A DNA stretch of 32,000 nucleotides from Allobaculum fili (GCF_020969955.1 NZ_JAHDSX010000006.1:1-32000); one strand, 5' to 3'; positions 7,708 through 16,759 are shown, counted from the first letter of the stretch. Notes: a model not told the origin generated them from the sequence alone. Program-made: numbers and translations.

Positions 7708-8000
7708 GTGTTCTGCCCCCTTTCCCTGCTCTGCGGATTTCGCAGTTTTTTGCGGCCGCTGTTCAGAGCTTTATCATATCTTATCCAGCGGTTTTTCTGC
7801 GTACAGAAATGACCGGCATAGAGTATCCCATCACAAATTTCTGTGTTCCCGCTGTATTTCCTTAACATTAGACAGTTCGAAATGTCAAACGGATTCAAAA
7901 TGCCCGAATGTTTCTTCCAGACGATTTTTCGACCTTGTGCAAGACGTACAGTCTCTCAGTTTACATGTATCCCCGGGAAACGGGGAAAGCCAGCACACAG

Positions 8001-8050
8001 GAAAATGCCGGATTCTGACCTGACTGTTTAAACAGCGGCCCGAATCCGGC
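8001..8050 (-). terminator. Probable terminator of the XRE/zinc-ribbon gene
   Basis: GCCGGATTC (8007-8015) pairs with GAATCCGGC (8042-8050). The nested palindrome CTGTTTAAACAG (8024-8035) sits in the loop. ATTTTC follows on the minus strand. Confidence 0.5.
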
Positions 8051-8118
8051 CTGATGCGGTGAATTGGCGGTGAATTCGCAGTGAAGTATTGGCTGGAATG
8101 GGTGTAAAGCAGCTTTTC

Positions 8119-8583
8119 TTATTCGTTGGAATCGGAAGTCATTTTTCCCTTCCAGTACGGAAGCTTTTTGAGATGTGATGCGTAAAACGCCCGGCATTCT
8201 TTTTCGCTCAGGCCATTCTGCGGCATCGAAGCGACGAGAAAATCCAGCATCTGATCCGGTTCGGTATACACAAAGGATCCGTCTTCCAGACACCACTTGC
8301 AGTAGCCGGGATCGATTTCTCCTTCCTTATTTTTCCCCATGATCGACGGCTCAAGAGGCATTCCGCAGCATTCGCAATAGCGAATCACCGGTGACTCCAG
8401 TAAAGCGTCGATCGATACGCCAAACACTTCGGACAGCTTCACCAGCAAATCCGCTCCCGGTATAGTTTCGCCATTTTCCCATCGGGATACCGCCTGACGG
8501 GTGACGTGAACTTTGTCCGCCAGCTGGGCCTGCGTCATCATCGATGCATCTCGAAGCTGTTTGAGAATCGTTCCTGTACTCAT
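8119..8583 (-). CDS. XRE-family HTH transcriptional regulator fused to a C-terminal zinc-ribbon domain
   Basis: Start placed at ATG 8583 (MSTGTILKQL...) after AAAGAGG. The HTH is QAQLADKVHVTRQAVSRWENG. The C-terminal CECCGMPL...YCKWC region matches the putative zinc-ribbon family I recall as Zn_ribbon_2. Confidence 0.8.
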   Translation of the reverse strand: MSTGTILKQLRDASMMTQAQLADKVHVTRQAVSRWENGETIPGADLLVKLSEVFGVSIDALLESPVIRYCECCGMPLEPSIMGKNKEGEIDPGYCKWCLEDGSFVYTEPDQMLDFLVASMPQNGLSEKECRAFYASHLKKLPYWKGKMTSDSNE

Positions 8584-8674
8584 TTGCGTACCTCTTTTCC
8601 TGCATTCAGTATGCGGGAAGCCCGTATGAGGCTCAAGCAACCGTCCGTTGCCTTTTCTTCCTCGTTGAAAGGCA

Positions 8675-8718
8675 GAAAAAAGCAGCAGCTCGAGGAACTT
8701 TTTCCTTAAGCTGTTGCT
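8675..8718 (-). terminator. Rho-independent terminator of uvrA
   Basis: A 15-bp stem (8681-8695 with 8704-8718, one mismatch) is followed on the minus strand by TTTTTTCTGCC. Confidence 0.7.
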
Positions 8719-8808
8719 CTGGATTCGAATTTCTTCTGCTATTTTGGATTTTTCGTTTTTCGGTATTTAAGCTCTTCGGATGATTTTTCCGATTTGCGTT
8801 TTGGTTCT

Positions 8809-11691
8809 TTATTCTTCGGTTTTGCTTTCCTTCTCGTCTTCAAAGCCTTTCCATTTCGTATAGGCTTCGGCTTCGCCGCCGGTAAGCAGCGGGGCGAGAT
8901 ACTGACCGGTAAAGCTGTTCGGGCAGGCCGCAATTTCTTCCGGGGTTCCCTTGGCGATAATCGTACCGCCGCCGGCACCGCCTTCCGGACCGAGATCAAG
9001 AATATAGTCCGCGTTTTTAATGACGTCGAGATTGTGTTCGATGACGATGACCGTATTGCCGCCGTCGACCAGACGCTGCAGCACTTCGATCAGCTTGCGG
9101 ACATCGCTCGAATGCAGACCGGTCGTCGGCTCATCGAGAACAAAGACCGTCTTGCCGGTCGGCTTTTTCTGCAGTTCGCTCGCCAGCTTGACACGCTGTG
9201 CTTCCCCGCCGGACAGGGTGGTCGCCGACTGGCCGAGCTTGACGTAGGACAGACCGACATCCGCCAGCGTCTGCAGCTTGTGACGGATGCGGGAAATCGG
9301 CTGGAAAAATTCAATGGCTTCTTCCACCGTCATTTCCAGAACGTCGGAAATCGTTTTGTCCTTGTACTTTACCTGAAGCGTTTCTTCGTTATAGCGCTTG
9401 CCGTGACAAATGTCGCATTCGACATAGACGTCGGGCAGGAAGTGCATCGAAATCTTGCGGGTACCGTCGCCCTGACACGCTTCGCAGCGTCCGCCTTTGA
9501 CGTTGAAGGAAAACTGCGATTTGGTGAAACCGAGCAGTTTGGCTTCGCGCGTCTGTGCGAACAGGTCGCGGATATCGTCAAAGACGCCGACATACGTCGC
9601 CGGATTGGAACGCGGGGTACGGCCGATCGGCTCCTGCGAAATCTCGATCAGCTTGTCGATTTCCTCAAGACCGCGTATTTCCTTTGCCTGACCGGGTTTT
9701 ACACGGACTTTTCCTAAATGATGCTGGATGCCGTGGGTGAGAACTTCAGTTACGAGCGACGATTTGCCGGAACCCGAAACGCCGGTGACAACCGTAAATG
9801 TTCCGAGCGGGAACGAGGCGTTCACGTGCTGGAGGTTGTTATGGGTGGCATCGATGACATCCAGCGATTTGCCGCTGCCTTTGCGGCGCACAGCCGGATA
9901 CGGAATTTTCTCCTTGCCGGACAGATAGCGGCCGGTAATGGAGTTTTCGTTGGCCATGACCTGTTCCGGCGTACCGCAGGCGACGACTTCCCCACCGTGC
10001 ACGCCGGCGCCTGGGCCGATGTCCACGATATAGTCGCTGGCGCGCATCGTATCTTCATCGTGTTCGACAACGATCAGGGTGTTGCCCAGATCGCGCATTT
10101 CCTTCATCGACTGAATCAGACGGTCGTTGTCGCGCTGGTGCAGACCGATCGACGGTTCGTCGAGAACGTACATGACACCGGTCAGACGGGAACCAATCTG
10201 GGTGGCCAGACGAATACGCTGGCTTTCGCCGCCGGAAAGAGTCGACGCCAGACGGTCGAGCGTCAGATACGTCAGACCGACATTTTTCAGAAACGTCAGA
10301 CGGTTTTTGATTTCATTCAGACCGAGTTCCGCAATTTTGCGCTGCGCCGGGGTCAGTTCGAGATGTTCGATGAAGTCGATGGCTTCCACAACCGACATCT
10401 GGGTCCATTCGTAAATGTTCTTGCCGCCGATGCGTACCGCCAGAACCTGATCGTTCAGACGGGCGCCGTGGCAGGTCGGGCACACCGCTTCGCCCAGGAA
10501 CGTTTCGTACCAGTCTCTCGACCAGGCCGATCCCGTTTCGAGATAGCGGCGTTCAATCAGATCCGCTACGCCCTCGATCGGCTCGTTGTATTCGCGGGTC
10601 AGGCCTTTATTGTTGACGATAGTGTAGGACACCGGTTCGTCCGAACCGTGGAGAACGATGTCGAGTTCCTTTTTCGTCAGCTTGCTGATCGGCTTGTCCA
10701 TATTGATGCCGAAATGGTCGCACAGCGCCACAAAGCGCTGCCATTCCTGGTTGGACGAGCCGGCAATGTTTTTAAAGTAGGCGACGCCGCCTTCATTCAG
10801 CGTCTTTTTCTTATCCGGAATCAGAAGATCCAGATCGACTTTCTGGATGACGCCGATGCCCTTGCATTCCGGGCACGCGCCCATCGGCGCGTTGAAGGAA
10901 AACAGACGCGGTTCGAGTTTCGGTACGGTAAAACCGCAGATTTTGCACGCGTAGCTCGAGGAAAAGAGCAGCGTATCGTCCGGCGTCATGACCGCCGCCA
11001 TGCCTTCGCCGAGATTGAGCGCCGTATTGATGGAATCGTAGTAGCGGCCGCGGTTATTGCCTTTAATGATTCGGTCGACAACAACTTCAATCGTGTGCTT
11101 CTTATTTTTTCCCAGCGGTTCGAGTTCTTCGATCAGACGGATTTCCCCATCAACTCGGGCACGCAGAAAACCGTCTTTCATCAGTTTGGCAAATGTGTCC
11201 TTGAACGTGCCCTTCTTGTCGCGGGCAATCGGAGCGAGAACGGTCGTGCGGGTGCCGTCGGGCAGAAGCATAACCTGGTCTACCATCTCGGTAACCGTCT
11301 GGCCGGTAATCGGTTCGCCGTGTTCCGGGCAGTACGGCACGCCGATGCGCGCGTACAGCAGACGCAGGTAGTCGTAAATTTCCGTTACCGTGCCTACGGT
11401 CGAACGCGGGTTGTGCGAAGTCGTTTTCTGATCGATAGCAATAGCAGGAGAAAGACCGTCAATCTGATCGACATCCGGCTTTTCAGAATTGCCGAGAAAC
11501 TGGCGGGCATAAGAGGACAGGGATTCCATATAGCGGCGCTGGCCCTCCGCATAAATCGTATCGAAAGCCAGCGAAGTCTTACCGCTTCCGGAAACGCCGG
11601 TCATGATAATGAGCTTGTTTTTGGGAAGATCGAGAGAAATGTTTTTCAGGTTGTTTTCTCTGGCTCCCTGAATGTGAATAACAGAGTCCAT
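8809..11691 (-). CDS. uvrA: Excinuclease ABC subunit A
   Basis: Start trimmed to ATG 11691 (MDSVIHIQGARENNLKNI...). There are two ABC modules (GVSGSGKTSLAF and GVSGSGKSSLV, with LSGGE signatures) and zinc-finger CxxC pairs. The product is 960 aa. Confidence 0.97.
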   Translation of the reverse strand: MDSVIHIQGARENNLKNISLDLPKNKLIIMTGVSGSGKTSLAFDTIYAEGQRRYMESLSSYARQFLGNSEKPDVDQIDGLSPAIAIDQKTTSHNPRSTVGTVTEIYDYLRLLYARIGVPYCPEHGEPITGQTVTEMVDQVMLLPDGTRTTVLAPIARDKKGTFKDTFAKLMKDGFLRARVDGEIRLIEELEPLGKNKKHTIEVVVDRIIKGNNRGRYYDSINTALNLGEGMAAVMTPDDTLLFSSSYACKICGFTVPKLEPRLFSFNAPMGACPECKGIGVIQKVDLDLLIPDKKKTLNEGGVAYFKNIAGSSNQEWQRFVALCDHFGINMDKPISKLTKKELDIVLHGSDEPVSYTIVNNKGLTREYNEPIEGVADLIERRYLETGSAWSRDWYETFLGEAVCPTCHGARLNDQVLAVRIGGKNIYEWTQMSVVEAIDFIEHLELTPAQRKIAELGLNEIKNRLTFLKNVGLTYLTLDRLASTLSGGESQRIRLATQIGSRLTGVMYVLDEPSIGLHQRDNDRLIQSMKEMRDLGNTLIVVEHDEDTMRASDYIVDIGPGAGVHGGEVVACGTPEQVMANENSITGRYLSGKEKIPYPAVRRKGSGKSLDVIDATHNNLQHVNASFPLGTFTVVTGVSGSGKSSLVTEVLTHGIQHHLGKVRVKPGQAKEIRGLEEIDKLIEISQEPIGRTPRSNPATYVGVFDDIRDLFAQTREAKLLGFTKSQFSFNVKGGRCEACQGDGTRKISMHFLPDVYVECDICHGKRYNEETLQVKYKDKTISDVLEMTVEEAIEFFQPISRIRHKLQTLADVGLSYVKLGQSATTLSGGEAQRVKLASELQKKPTGKTVFVLDEPTTGLHSSDVRKLIEVLQRLVDGGNTVIVIEHNLDVIKNADYILDLGPEGGAGGGTIIAKGTPEEIAACPNSFTGQYLAPLLTGGEAEAYTKWKGFEDEKESKTEE

Positions 11692-12020
11692 GTTGATCCC
11701 TTCTTTCTGTTTTTCTGTTCGGTTTGTGTATGTATTTCGATTTTGTATTTCTGTCTGAAACTGGAGTGTAGCGCCCGGCTCTGGATTTGGAAAAGCACAA
11801 AGCCTGCGCCTTTTAAACTTTTCATGATTTTGGCACGGACAAAATGTCGTGCCGATAAATGATTTCAAAAAAGGATCTCTGGACGCTGCCCCAAAGCGGG
11901 TATGGTCTGGCGGATCCGCATACGGCGTCTTTTCTGTTTTGGAGAATGGTTAAGAGGGCCGGCTTCTTTATTTTGTATCGTCTGGTTTCGTTTTCGTAAT
12001 TTCTGGATTCTTCCTTGAGC

Positions 12021-12042
12021 AAAAAACGCAGAATTTCCTGCG
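12021..12042 (-). terminator. Small hairpin plus U-run about 55 nt downstream of the 12084-12111 promoter
   Basis: The minus strand reads CGCAG GAAATT CTGCG TTTTTTG. The stem is only 5 bp. Confidence 0.35.
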
Positions 12043-12083
12043 ATCTGCCTGCAGCCTGTAAAAAGCGTATAATCCAGCTTTTC

Positions 12084-12111
12084 ATTATTCCATTTTTCAC
12101 GCAAATGTCAA
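12084..12111 (-). promoter_or_regulatory. Strong sigma-A-type promoter: TTGACA, 16-nt spacer, TGgAATAAT
   Basis: The minus strand reads TTGACA (12111-12106), a 16-nt spacer including TGG, then AATAAT (12089-12084). It points toward uvrA but lies about 390 nt upstream of its start codon. Confidence 0.5.
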
Positions 12112-12246
12112 TTTGAATGTGCTCATATTGTGCACAACAAATCCTTTAGACAAGCCCAAAATTCCGCTTTTTCCAGACCGGATTGAGCTGTATGAACATC
12201 GCCTTGCGCGTCGGAATTTTCTTCGAACCGGCCGGTATGCCGGTAT

Positions 12247-12282
12247 ATAGAAAAGGCTGATTTCTGGTTTTGAAATCAGCCT
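12247..12282 (-). terminator. Rho-independent terminator of rsmI
   Basis: AGGCTGATTTC (12254-12264) pairs with GAAATCAGCCT (12272-12282). TTTTCTAT follows on the minus strand. Confidence 0.7.
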
Positions 12283-12302
12283 CGTTTGTTTAAGAATGGG
12301 TT

Positions 12303-13169
12303 TTACTGCTCTTCCTGTTCCTTTTTCTGGCGCATCATTTCCTGATACACCTCGTTTTTGGAAAAGCCGCTTTCTTCGCTGGCTTTAGCGGCTGCCTGTT
12401 TGGGCTTGATGCCCGAGGCCGCCAGTTCAGACGCCATGCGAACCGTTTCTTCAAAAGAACGGTCAGTCTGCTGCGGGCAGCCCTGTACGACTACGACCAT
12501 TTCTCCTTTCAGCTGGGAAACCAGCGGGAGAATTTCGGAAATCGTGCCGCGCAGGAACTCTTCGTGCAGCTTGGTCAGTTCTCTGGCCAGACAGATCTGC
12601 CGGTCGCCAAAGACTTCCTTTACGTCTTCCAGCATTTTTTCAATGCGGTGCGGCGCTTCGTAAAAAATTACCGTATACGGCAGGGACTTCAGACTTTCGA
12701 GTTCCTTTTTCCGGCGAACGCTTTTCGCATCCAGAAATCCGTAAAAGAGGAAATGAGAGGTTTCCAGGCCGGAGGCCACCAGCGCGTTTAACGCCGCATT
12801 GCTTCCGGAAACGGGAATGACCGGATAGCCGGCCTGGGAAGCGAGCCGGACGAGTTCACTGCCCGGATCCGAAATGAGCGGATAGCCGGCATCGGAAATG
12901 ACGGCGACTTTCTTTCCTTCTTCAAGCAGCTTTAAAATGCCGGTCGAACTCGTATGCGCGTTGTATTCATGATGCGCGATCAGCGGTTTGTGAATTCCGA
13001 TCGATTTCAGAAGAAGGCCGGAATTGCGCGTATCTTCACACGCGATCACATCGGCGTTTTCCAGCGCCTCTTTCTGGCGAGGAGAAATTTCCGAAAGATT
13101 GCCGATCGGGGTCGGGACCAGATAGACGGCTGGTCCATTTTCATTCTGGAAGCTTTTCTGTCGATTCAT
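12303..13169 (-). CDS. rsmI: 16S rRNA (cytidine1402-2'-O)-methyltransferase
   Basis: Start placed at ATG 13169 (MNRQKSF...) after AAAGG. VYLVPTPIGNLSEISPRQKEALENADVIACEDTR is typical of the tetrapyrrole-methylase-fold RsmI. It overlaps the ricT 3' end by 29 nt. Confidence 0.9.
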   Translation of the reverse strand: MNRQKSFQNENGPAVYLVPTPIGNLSEISPRQKEALENADVIACEDTRNSGLLLKSIGIHKPLIAHHEYNAHTSSTGILKLLEEGKKVAVISDAGYPLISDPGSELVRLASQAGYPVIPVSGSNAALNALVASGLETSHFLFYGFLDAKSVRRKKELESLKSLPYTVIFYEAPHRIEKMLEDVKEVFGDRQICLARELTKLHEEFLRGTISEILPLVSQLKGEMVVVVQGCPQQTDRSFEETVRMASELAASGIKPKQAAAKASEESGFSKNEVYQEMMRQKKEQEEQ

Positions 13170-14019
13170 GTTCTGCCTTTCTTGCCGGGAACAGTTCGTC
13201 AAAGGAGACAAACAGCGTTTCTTCCCGGTTTTCAAGCTTGGCTTGTTTCTGAAGCACGTTCATCGAGCTGATCCGATAGCGATTTCCGTTGTATTCGATC
13301 TGGGAATTCAGCTTCGGCAGGTTTTTGCGCAGCTCGCAATAGGCTTCGTTTTCAAAACGCAGACAGCACTTCAGCTTGCCGCACTGTCCAGACAGTTTGG
13401 AAATATTGAGCGCGAGCAGCTGGTTTTTCGCCATGTTGATGGACACAGTATCAAAGTCGCTCATGAACCGGCTGCAGCAGCATTCCATGCCGCAACTGCC
13501 GATGCCGCCGACCAGTTTGGCTTTGTTGCGGGGGCCGACCTGGCGCAGTTCAATCCGGCCGCTGATGCATCCGGCGAGCTCTTTGAGCAGACCGCGGAAA
13601 TCGACGCGATCTTCGCTGACGTACGTAAAAATCACTTTGGAGCGATCAAGGGTATACTCGCAGGAAATCAGATGCATGTCGAGCTTGAGGCGCTCGATGG
13701 CTTTGGCACAGATCTCAAAGGATTTGCGTGCTTCTTCTTCATTTTCAGCTTTCTGGTGCAGGTCTTCCGGCGTGGCGCGGCGGACGATGCCTTTTAAGTC
13801 GCCCTGGACTTTGGACGCGTCAAAGGGCATCGACGGTACATAGACCGTACCGATTTCCTGACCGCGAACCGTTTCCACAACGACCGCTTCACCAGTTCGA
13901 TGTTCCATTGTCGTTCCGAAGGTATACACCTTCTTGGATCCGTCAAACTGGATATACACCATGAAAGGGTAAGTTTTCGTATTCGATGCCGGCTTGGCGG
14001 CACTGGATGGTTTCGACAT
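13141..14019 (-). CDS. ricT: PSP1-domain protein RicT/YaaT (stage 0 sporulation / RNase Y regulator family)
   Basis: The PSP1 core has the cysteine cluster GSCGMECCCSRF...GQCGKLKCCLRFE. Start taken at ATG 14019. The RBS spacing is longish, so the start is uncertain. Confidence 0.85.
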   Translation of the reverse strand: MSKPSSAAKPASNTKTYPFMVYIQFDGSKKVYTFGTTMEHRTGEAVVVETVRGQEIGTVYVPSMPFDASKVQGDLKGIVRRATPEDLHQKAENEEEARKSFEICAKAIERLKLDMHLISCEYTLDRSKVIFTYVSEDRVDFRGLLKELAGCISGRIELRQVGPRNKAKLVGGIGSCGMECCCSRFMSDFDTVSINMAKNQLLALNISKLSGQCGKLKCCLRFENEAYCELRKNLPKLNSQIEYNGNRYRISSMNVLQKQAKLENREETLFVSFDELFPARKAEHESTEKLPE

Positions 14020-14160
14020 AATTCGTCTTGCCTTTCTAAGGAAGCAGACGGGTTTCGATCGATTTTGATTTTCTCTCAAAGAAAGATCGACAGCGTCCGT
14101 TCCAATCTATGGAGAAGCCGCCCGGTTTTGCGTGAACATGCAAAACGGCGGCTGAAATTT

Positions 14161-15219
14161 CTAAGGATATGCATCCTGCTGCAGGATGCCGGTTGAGCGT
14201 CTTTGTTTTCTGAGCGCTTCTTTGCGCAGATCGCGGGCAACGCGTTCGATCAGAAGAACAGGGTCGAGCGGCTGACGCAGGGCGTCGAGCGCTTCGACAA
14301 GCGTTGAGCGCTCTTCGAGACGATCCGCCTGTTCCGTCTGCTCCTGCTCCAGAAAGTAAAGCAGGCCGTGCAGGAAAAAGGCGGCCGCTTCCCGGGTGGG
14401 AAATCCGCTTTTGGAAAAGACGCCGCATTCCAGACGCACAATGGCGGAATGCGAAGTTCGCTGCGGCCAGTATTCCTTCGCCGCATCGCGCAGTTCAAAC
14501 AGCGCTTCGTTTTCCAGGAGCGCTTCCAGACTGTCCGGACCGTAGCCGGCCCGGGCGAGAATCGCCACAATTTCGGGATCGTCGATTATTTCGGCAATTT
14601 CCGCTTCGAGTGCCGCTCGTGCAGGCGGCCGCATGGGGATCAGCTGACAGCGGGAAACGATCGTCGGCAGTACGGTATTGATCGCGCTTGTACACAGGAT
14701 GCCGGTCAGCCCGTCCTTGGGCTCTTCAAGAAATTTCAGAAGCGTATTGGACGCGGAAGCGGTCGCCTGTTCGTACTGTTCAATAATATAAACCTGTCGT
14801 CGGGCGTCCGTCCCGCTCGAGGTGGCAAATGTATCCTGCAGACGCAGAATGTCTTCTTTGCGCAGTCTCCAGCTCGTTTTCTGTTCGCTGGGAACCGCGT
14901 TGGTTTTCCACCAGGCGTCGAGTTCCTTTCGCGTCAGCGGCTTGCGCGCCTGCAGACCGCCGGGATGCAGCCAGAAAAAGTCCGGATACATGTCTCGGGC
15001 GATCAGCTGACAGGTTTCGCAGTTCTGGCAGGCAATCCCGTCTTCATCAGGATGTTCGCAGTTCATCGACTGCGCAAACAGCAGAGCCAGCCGGCTCTGA
15101 TCCGGGTTTTTCTGTCCATAAAACATGTAGGCGTGCGAAATGCGTCCGCTTTTCAGGGCATTGGAAAGAATTTTCCATGCGACCGGCTGGCGTTCCTTCA
15201 GCTTTTTCTTATCGACCAT
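14161..15219 (-). CDS. holB: DNA polymerase III subunit delta'
   Basis: HAYMFYG... is followed by the zinc module CEHPDEDGIACQNCETCQ and a clamp-loader SRC-like motif (TIVSRCQ). Its position after tmk is typical. It overlaps tmk by 11 nt. Confidence 0.88.
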   Translation of the reverse strand: MVDKKKLKERQPVAWKILSNALKSGRISHAYMFYGQKNPDQSRLALLFAQSMNCEHPDEDGIACQNCETCQLIARDMYPDFFWLHPGGLQARKPLTRKELDAWWKTNAVPSEQKTSWRLRKEDILRLQDTFATSSGTDARRQVYIIEQYEQATASASNTLLKFLEEPKDGLTGILCTSAINTVLPTIVSRCQLIPMRPPARAALEAEIAEIIDDPEIVAILARAGYGPDSLEALLENEALFELRDAAKEYWPQRTSHSAIVRLECGVFSKSGFPTREAAAFFLHGLLYFLEQEQTEQADRLEERSTLVEALDALRQPLDPVLLIERVARDLRKEALRKQRRSTGILQQDAYP

Positions 15220-15859
15220 AGCCGGCCTCTTCGAGAAGACGGTCTACCTGCTTCATCGTCTGATTTGCTACGTCTTCGATCGACCCCGACGCGTCAATGC
15301 GGCAATATTCGGGATGCGTTTTGAGAATGGCTTCAAATCCGTCGGCTACCCGGGAGAAAAACGCTTCCTTTTCCTGATCGAGACGGTTCAGATTGCCGCG
15401 CAGGTTAATCCGCTTTGCGGATGTTTCCCGATCGAGTTCAAAAAAGAGCGTCGCGTCCGGCCGGAAGCCTTCCAGACCAAAATCATTGAGATGTTCAATC
15501 GTCTTCGCATTCAGATCGCGTCCAAAGCCCTGATAGGCGATCGACGAATCCAGAAACCGGTCGCAAAGCACGATTTTGCCTTCTTCCAAAGCTGGCAAAA
15601 TGGTGGAAACCAGATGCTGGCGGCGGCTGGCGGCGTACAGAAGCGCTTCGGTTTTCGGATCCACTTCATTTTCGGGATCGAGCAGAATGTTCCGGATTTG
15701 TTCCGAGAGCGGCGATCCGCCCGGCTCGCGGGTAGTGATGACGGGAAGGCCGCGTTTCAAAAGTTCTTCATAGACATGCGCCATCGCAGTGCTTTTCCCC
15801 GCTCCGTCGCTGCCTTCAAAGGCGATCATGATGCCTTTGCTTCCTTCTGGCTTTTTCAT
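15209..15859 (-). CDS. tmk: Thymidylate kinase
   Basis: The P-loop is FEGSDGAGKST, with TREPGG and the DRFLDSSIAYQG motif. The RBS is GGAGGAAAGAGG. Confidence 0.95.
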   Translation of the reverse strand: MKKPEGSKGIMIAFEGSDGAGKSTAMAHVYEELLKRGLPVITTREPGGSPLSEQIRNILLDPENEVDPKTEALLYAASRRQHLVSTILPALEEGKIVLCDRFLDSSIAYQGFGRDLNAKTIEHLNDFGLEGFRPDATLFFELDRETSAKRINLRGNLNRLDQEKEAFFSRVADGFEAILKTHPEYCRIDASGSIEDVANQTMKQVDRLLEEAGYGR

Positions 15860-16041
15860 CCTCTTTCCTCCCCGAGCGCTGCTTTCCTTTTTTCGCTCTG
15901 TTTTCTATATGGTTTTCTCTACATATTCTTGATTTCGCATCTTTGCTTTTGCAGATACAAAACGCTCTGCAGTCGAAATCCGCTTTTCCTATTGTATCAA
16001 GCGGCGCAAGCTCTGACGATCGGCCAAAACGCAGGCCCGGC

Positions 16042-16072
16042 TTTACAAAGGAAATCCGGGGTTTGCTACAAT
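16042..16072 (+). promoter_or_regulatory. Promoter of the SRAP gene: TTACAA, 18-nt spacer, TGcTACAAT
   Basis: TTTACAA sits at 16042-16048. The extended -10 TGCTACAAT sits at 16064-16072. This leaves a leader of about 85 nt before ATG 16165. Confidence 0.5.
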
Positions 16073-16164
16073 CAGGACAGGAAGCCATTCTGCCCGTTTT
16101 GCCGCAGACAGAGCGCTGTTTTGCCTGGCGGGCAGAAGGACAGAAAAAGAAAAGAGGAATGTGT

Positions 16165-16737
16165 ATGTGCGGTCAGTTTCTAGTCAGCGAAGAAATCGTA
16201 GATTCTCTGCGTCATCTGGTGCCCAGGGAACACTGGGAGGAGATCGAGCTCGATCTGCATCCGCATGTGATTTATCCTTCCGCCCGAACGATCGCCGTCT
16301 GCGCCAGAGACCAGGCGCTGAATCTTTCCGTAATGACGTTTGGCTTTGCCTCGTCTTCCATGAATCGCCGTATTTTCAATGCGCGTCTGGAAACCGCGTC
16401 GTCCAAGCCCCTGTTTGCGCGCGCCTGGAGATCGAATCGCGTTGCCGTTCCGGCCACTGCGTTTTACGAATGGACACCGGATAAGGAAAAAATCACCTTT
16501 GATGAACCCGGGCGCGTTCTGTATCTGGCCGCGCTGGCCCTCGATGATCAGTTCATCATTCTCACACAGGATGCCAATGAAAGCGTGGCACCCTATCACC
16601 ATCGCATGCCGGTCATTCTGCAGGAAGATCAGGTGCCCGCCTGGGTCCTCGATTCCGCACAAAGCGCCATTCTGGGCCAGAACGCTTCGCCCGCTCTGCA
16701 TGCAATTCTTCCAGAAGAGCCGCTTACGCTTTTTTAA
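16165..16737 (+). CDS. SOS response-associated peptidase (SRAP/YedK/HMCES family), abasic-site processing protein
   Basis: The N-terminus is MCGQF (catalytic Cys2) after AAGAGGA. The conserved NARLET, AFYEW and HHRMPVIL motifs are present. It is 190 aa, short for the family. Confidence 0.85.
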   Translation: MCGQFLVSEEIVDSLRHLVPREHWEEIELDLHPHVIYPSARTIAVCARDQALNLSVMTFGFASSSMNRRIFNARLETASSKPLFARAWRSNRVAVPATAFYEWTPDKEKITFDEPGRVLYLAALALDDQFIILTQDANESVAPYHHRMPVILQEDQVPAWVLDSAQSAILGQNASPALHAILPEEPLTLF

Positions 16738-16759
16738 ATTTTCTCGTTTAGAACATTCT

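Noticed and set aside
9718-11862. A 714-aa plus-strand ORF, together with its neighbour 8794-9717 and similar large ORFs: 27025-28434, 26007-27155, 21750-22862, 3530-4765, 6658-7812, 4859-5833, 15140-16183, 14368-15324, 23933-24874, 19646-20692, 1778-2659 and 17455-18216.
   Set aside because: Each lies exactly codon-aligned antisense to a gene with unmistakable homology (uvrA, mutS, mutL and so on). Their translations are low-complexity, Arg/Phe/Val-rich and have no RBS. They stay open only because the sense genes avoid TTA, CTA and TCA codons.
8809-11868. N-terminal extensions in the ORF track, for example uvrA at 1019 aa, the deacetylase from 3050, rsmI from 13235, ricT from 14079, tcdA from 23928, the XRE gene from 8640, the SEDS gene from 29967 and the SRAP gene from 15943.
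   Set aside because: Family-typical N-termini with good RBSs are found at internal starts (11691, 3218, 13169, 14019, 23880, 8583, 30045 and 16165). The extensions read through promoter and terminator sequence.
11822-12104. Two overlapping minus-strand ORFs (92 and 79 aa) in the uvrA upstream gap.
   Set aside because: They have no Shine-Dalgarno sequence. They start upstream of the only good promoter, have Arg/Lys-rich junk-like composition, and span a terminator-like hairpin.
11692-12140. A LexA (Cheo box CGAAC-N4-GTTCG) site upstream of uvrA, and likewise upstream of the SRAP gene at 15860-16164.
   Set aside because: Only isolated half-sites (CGAACC, GTTCGG) are present, with none in the correct inverted arrangement. 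The organism may use a different LexA motif or none.
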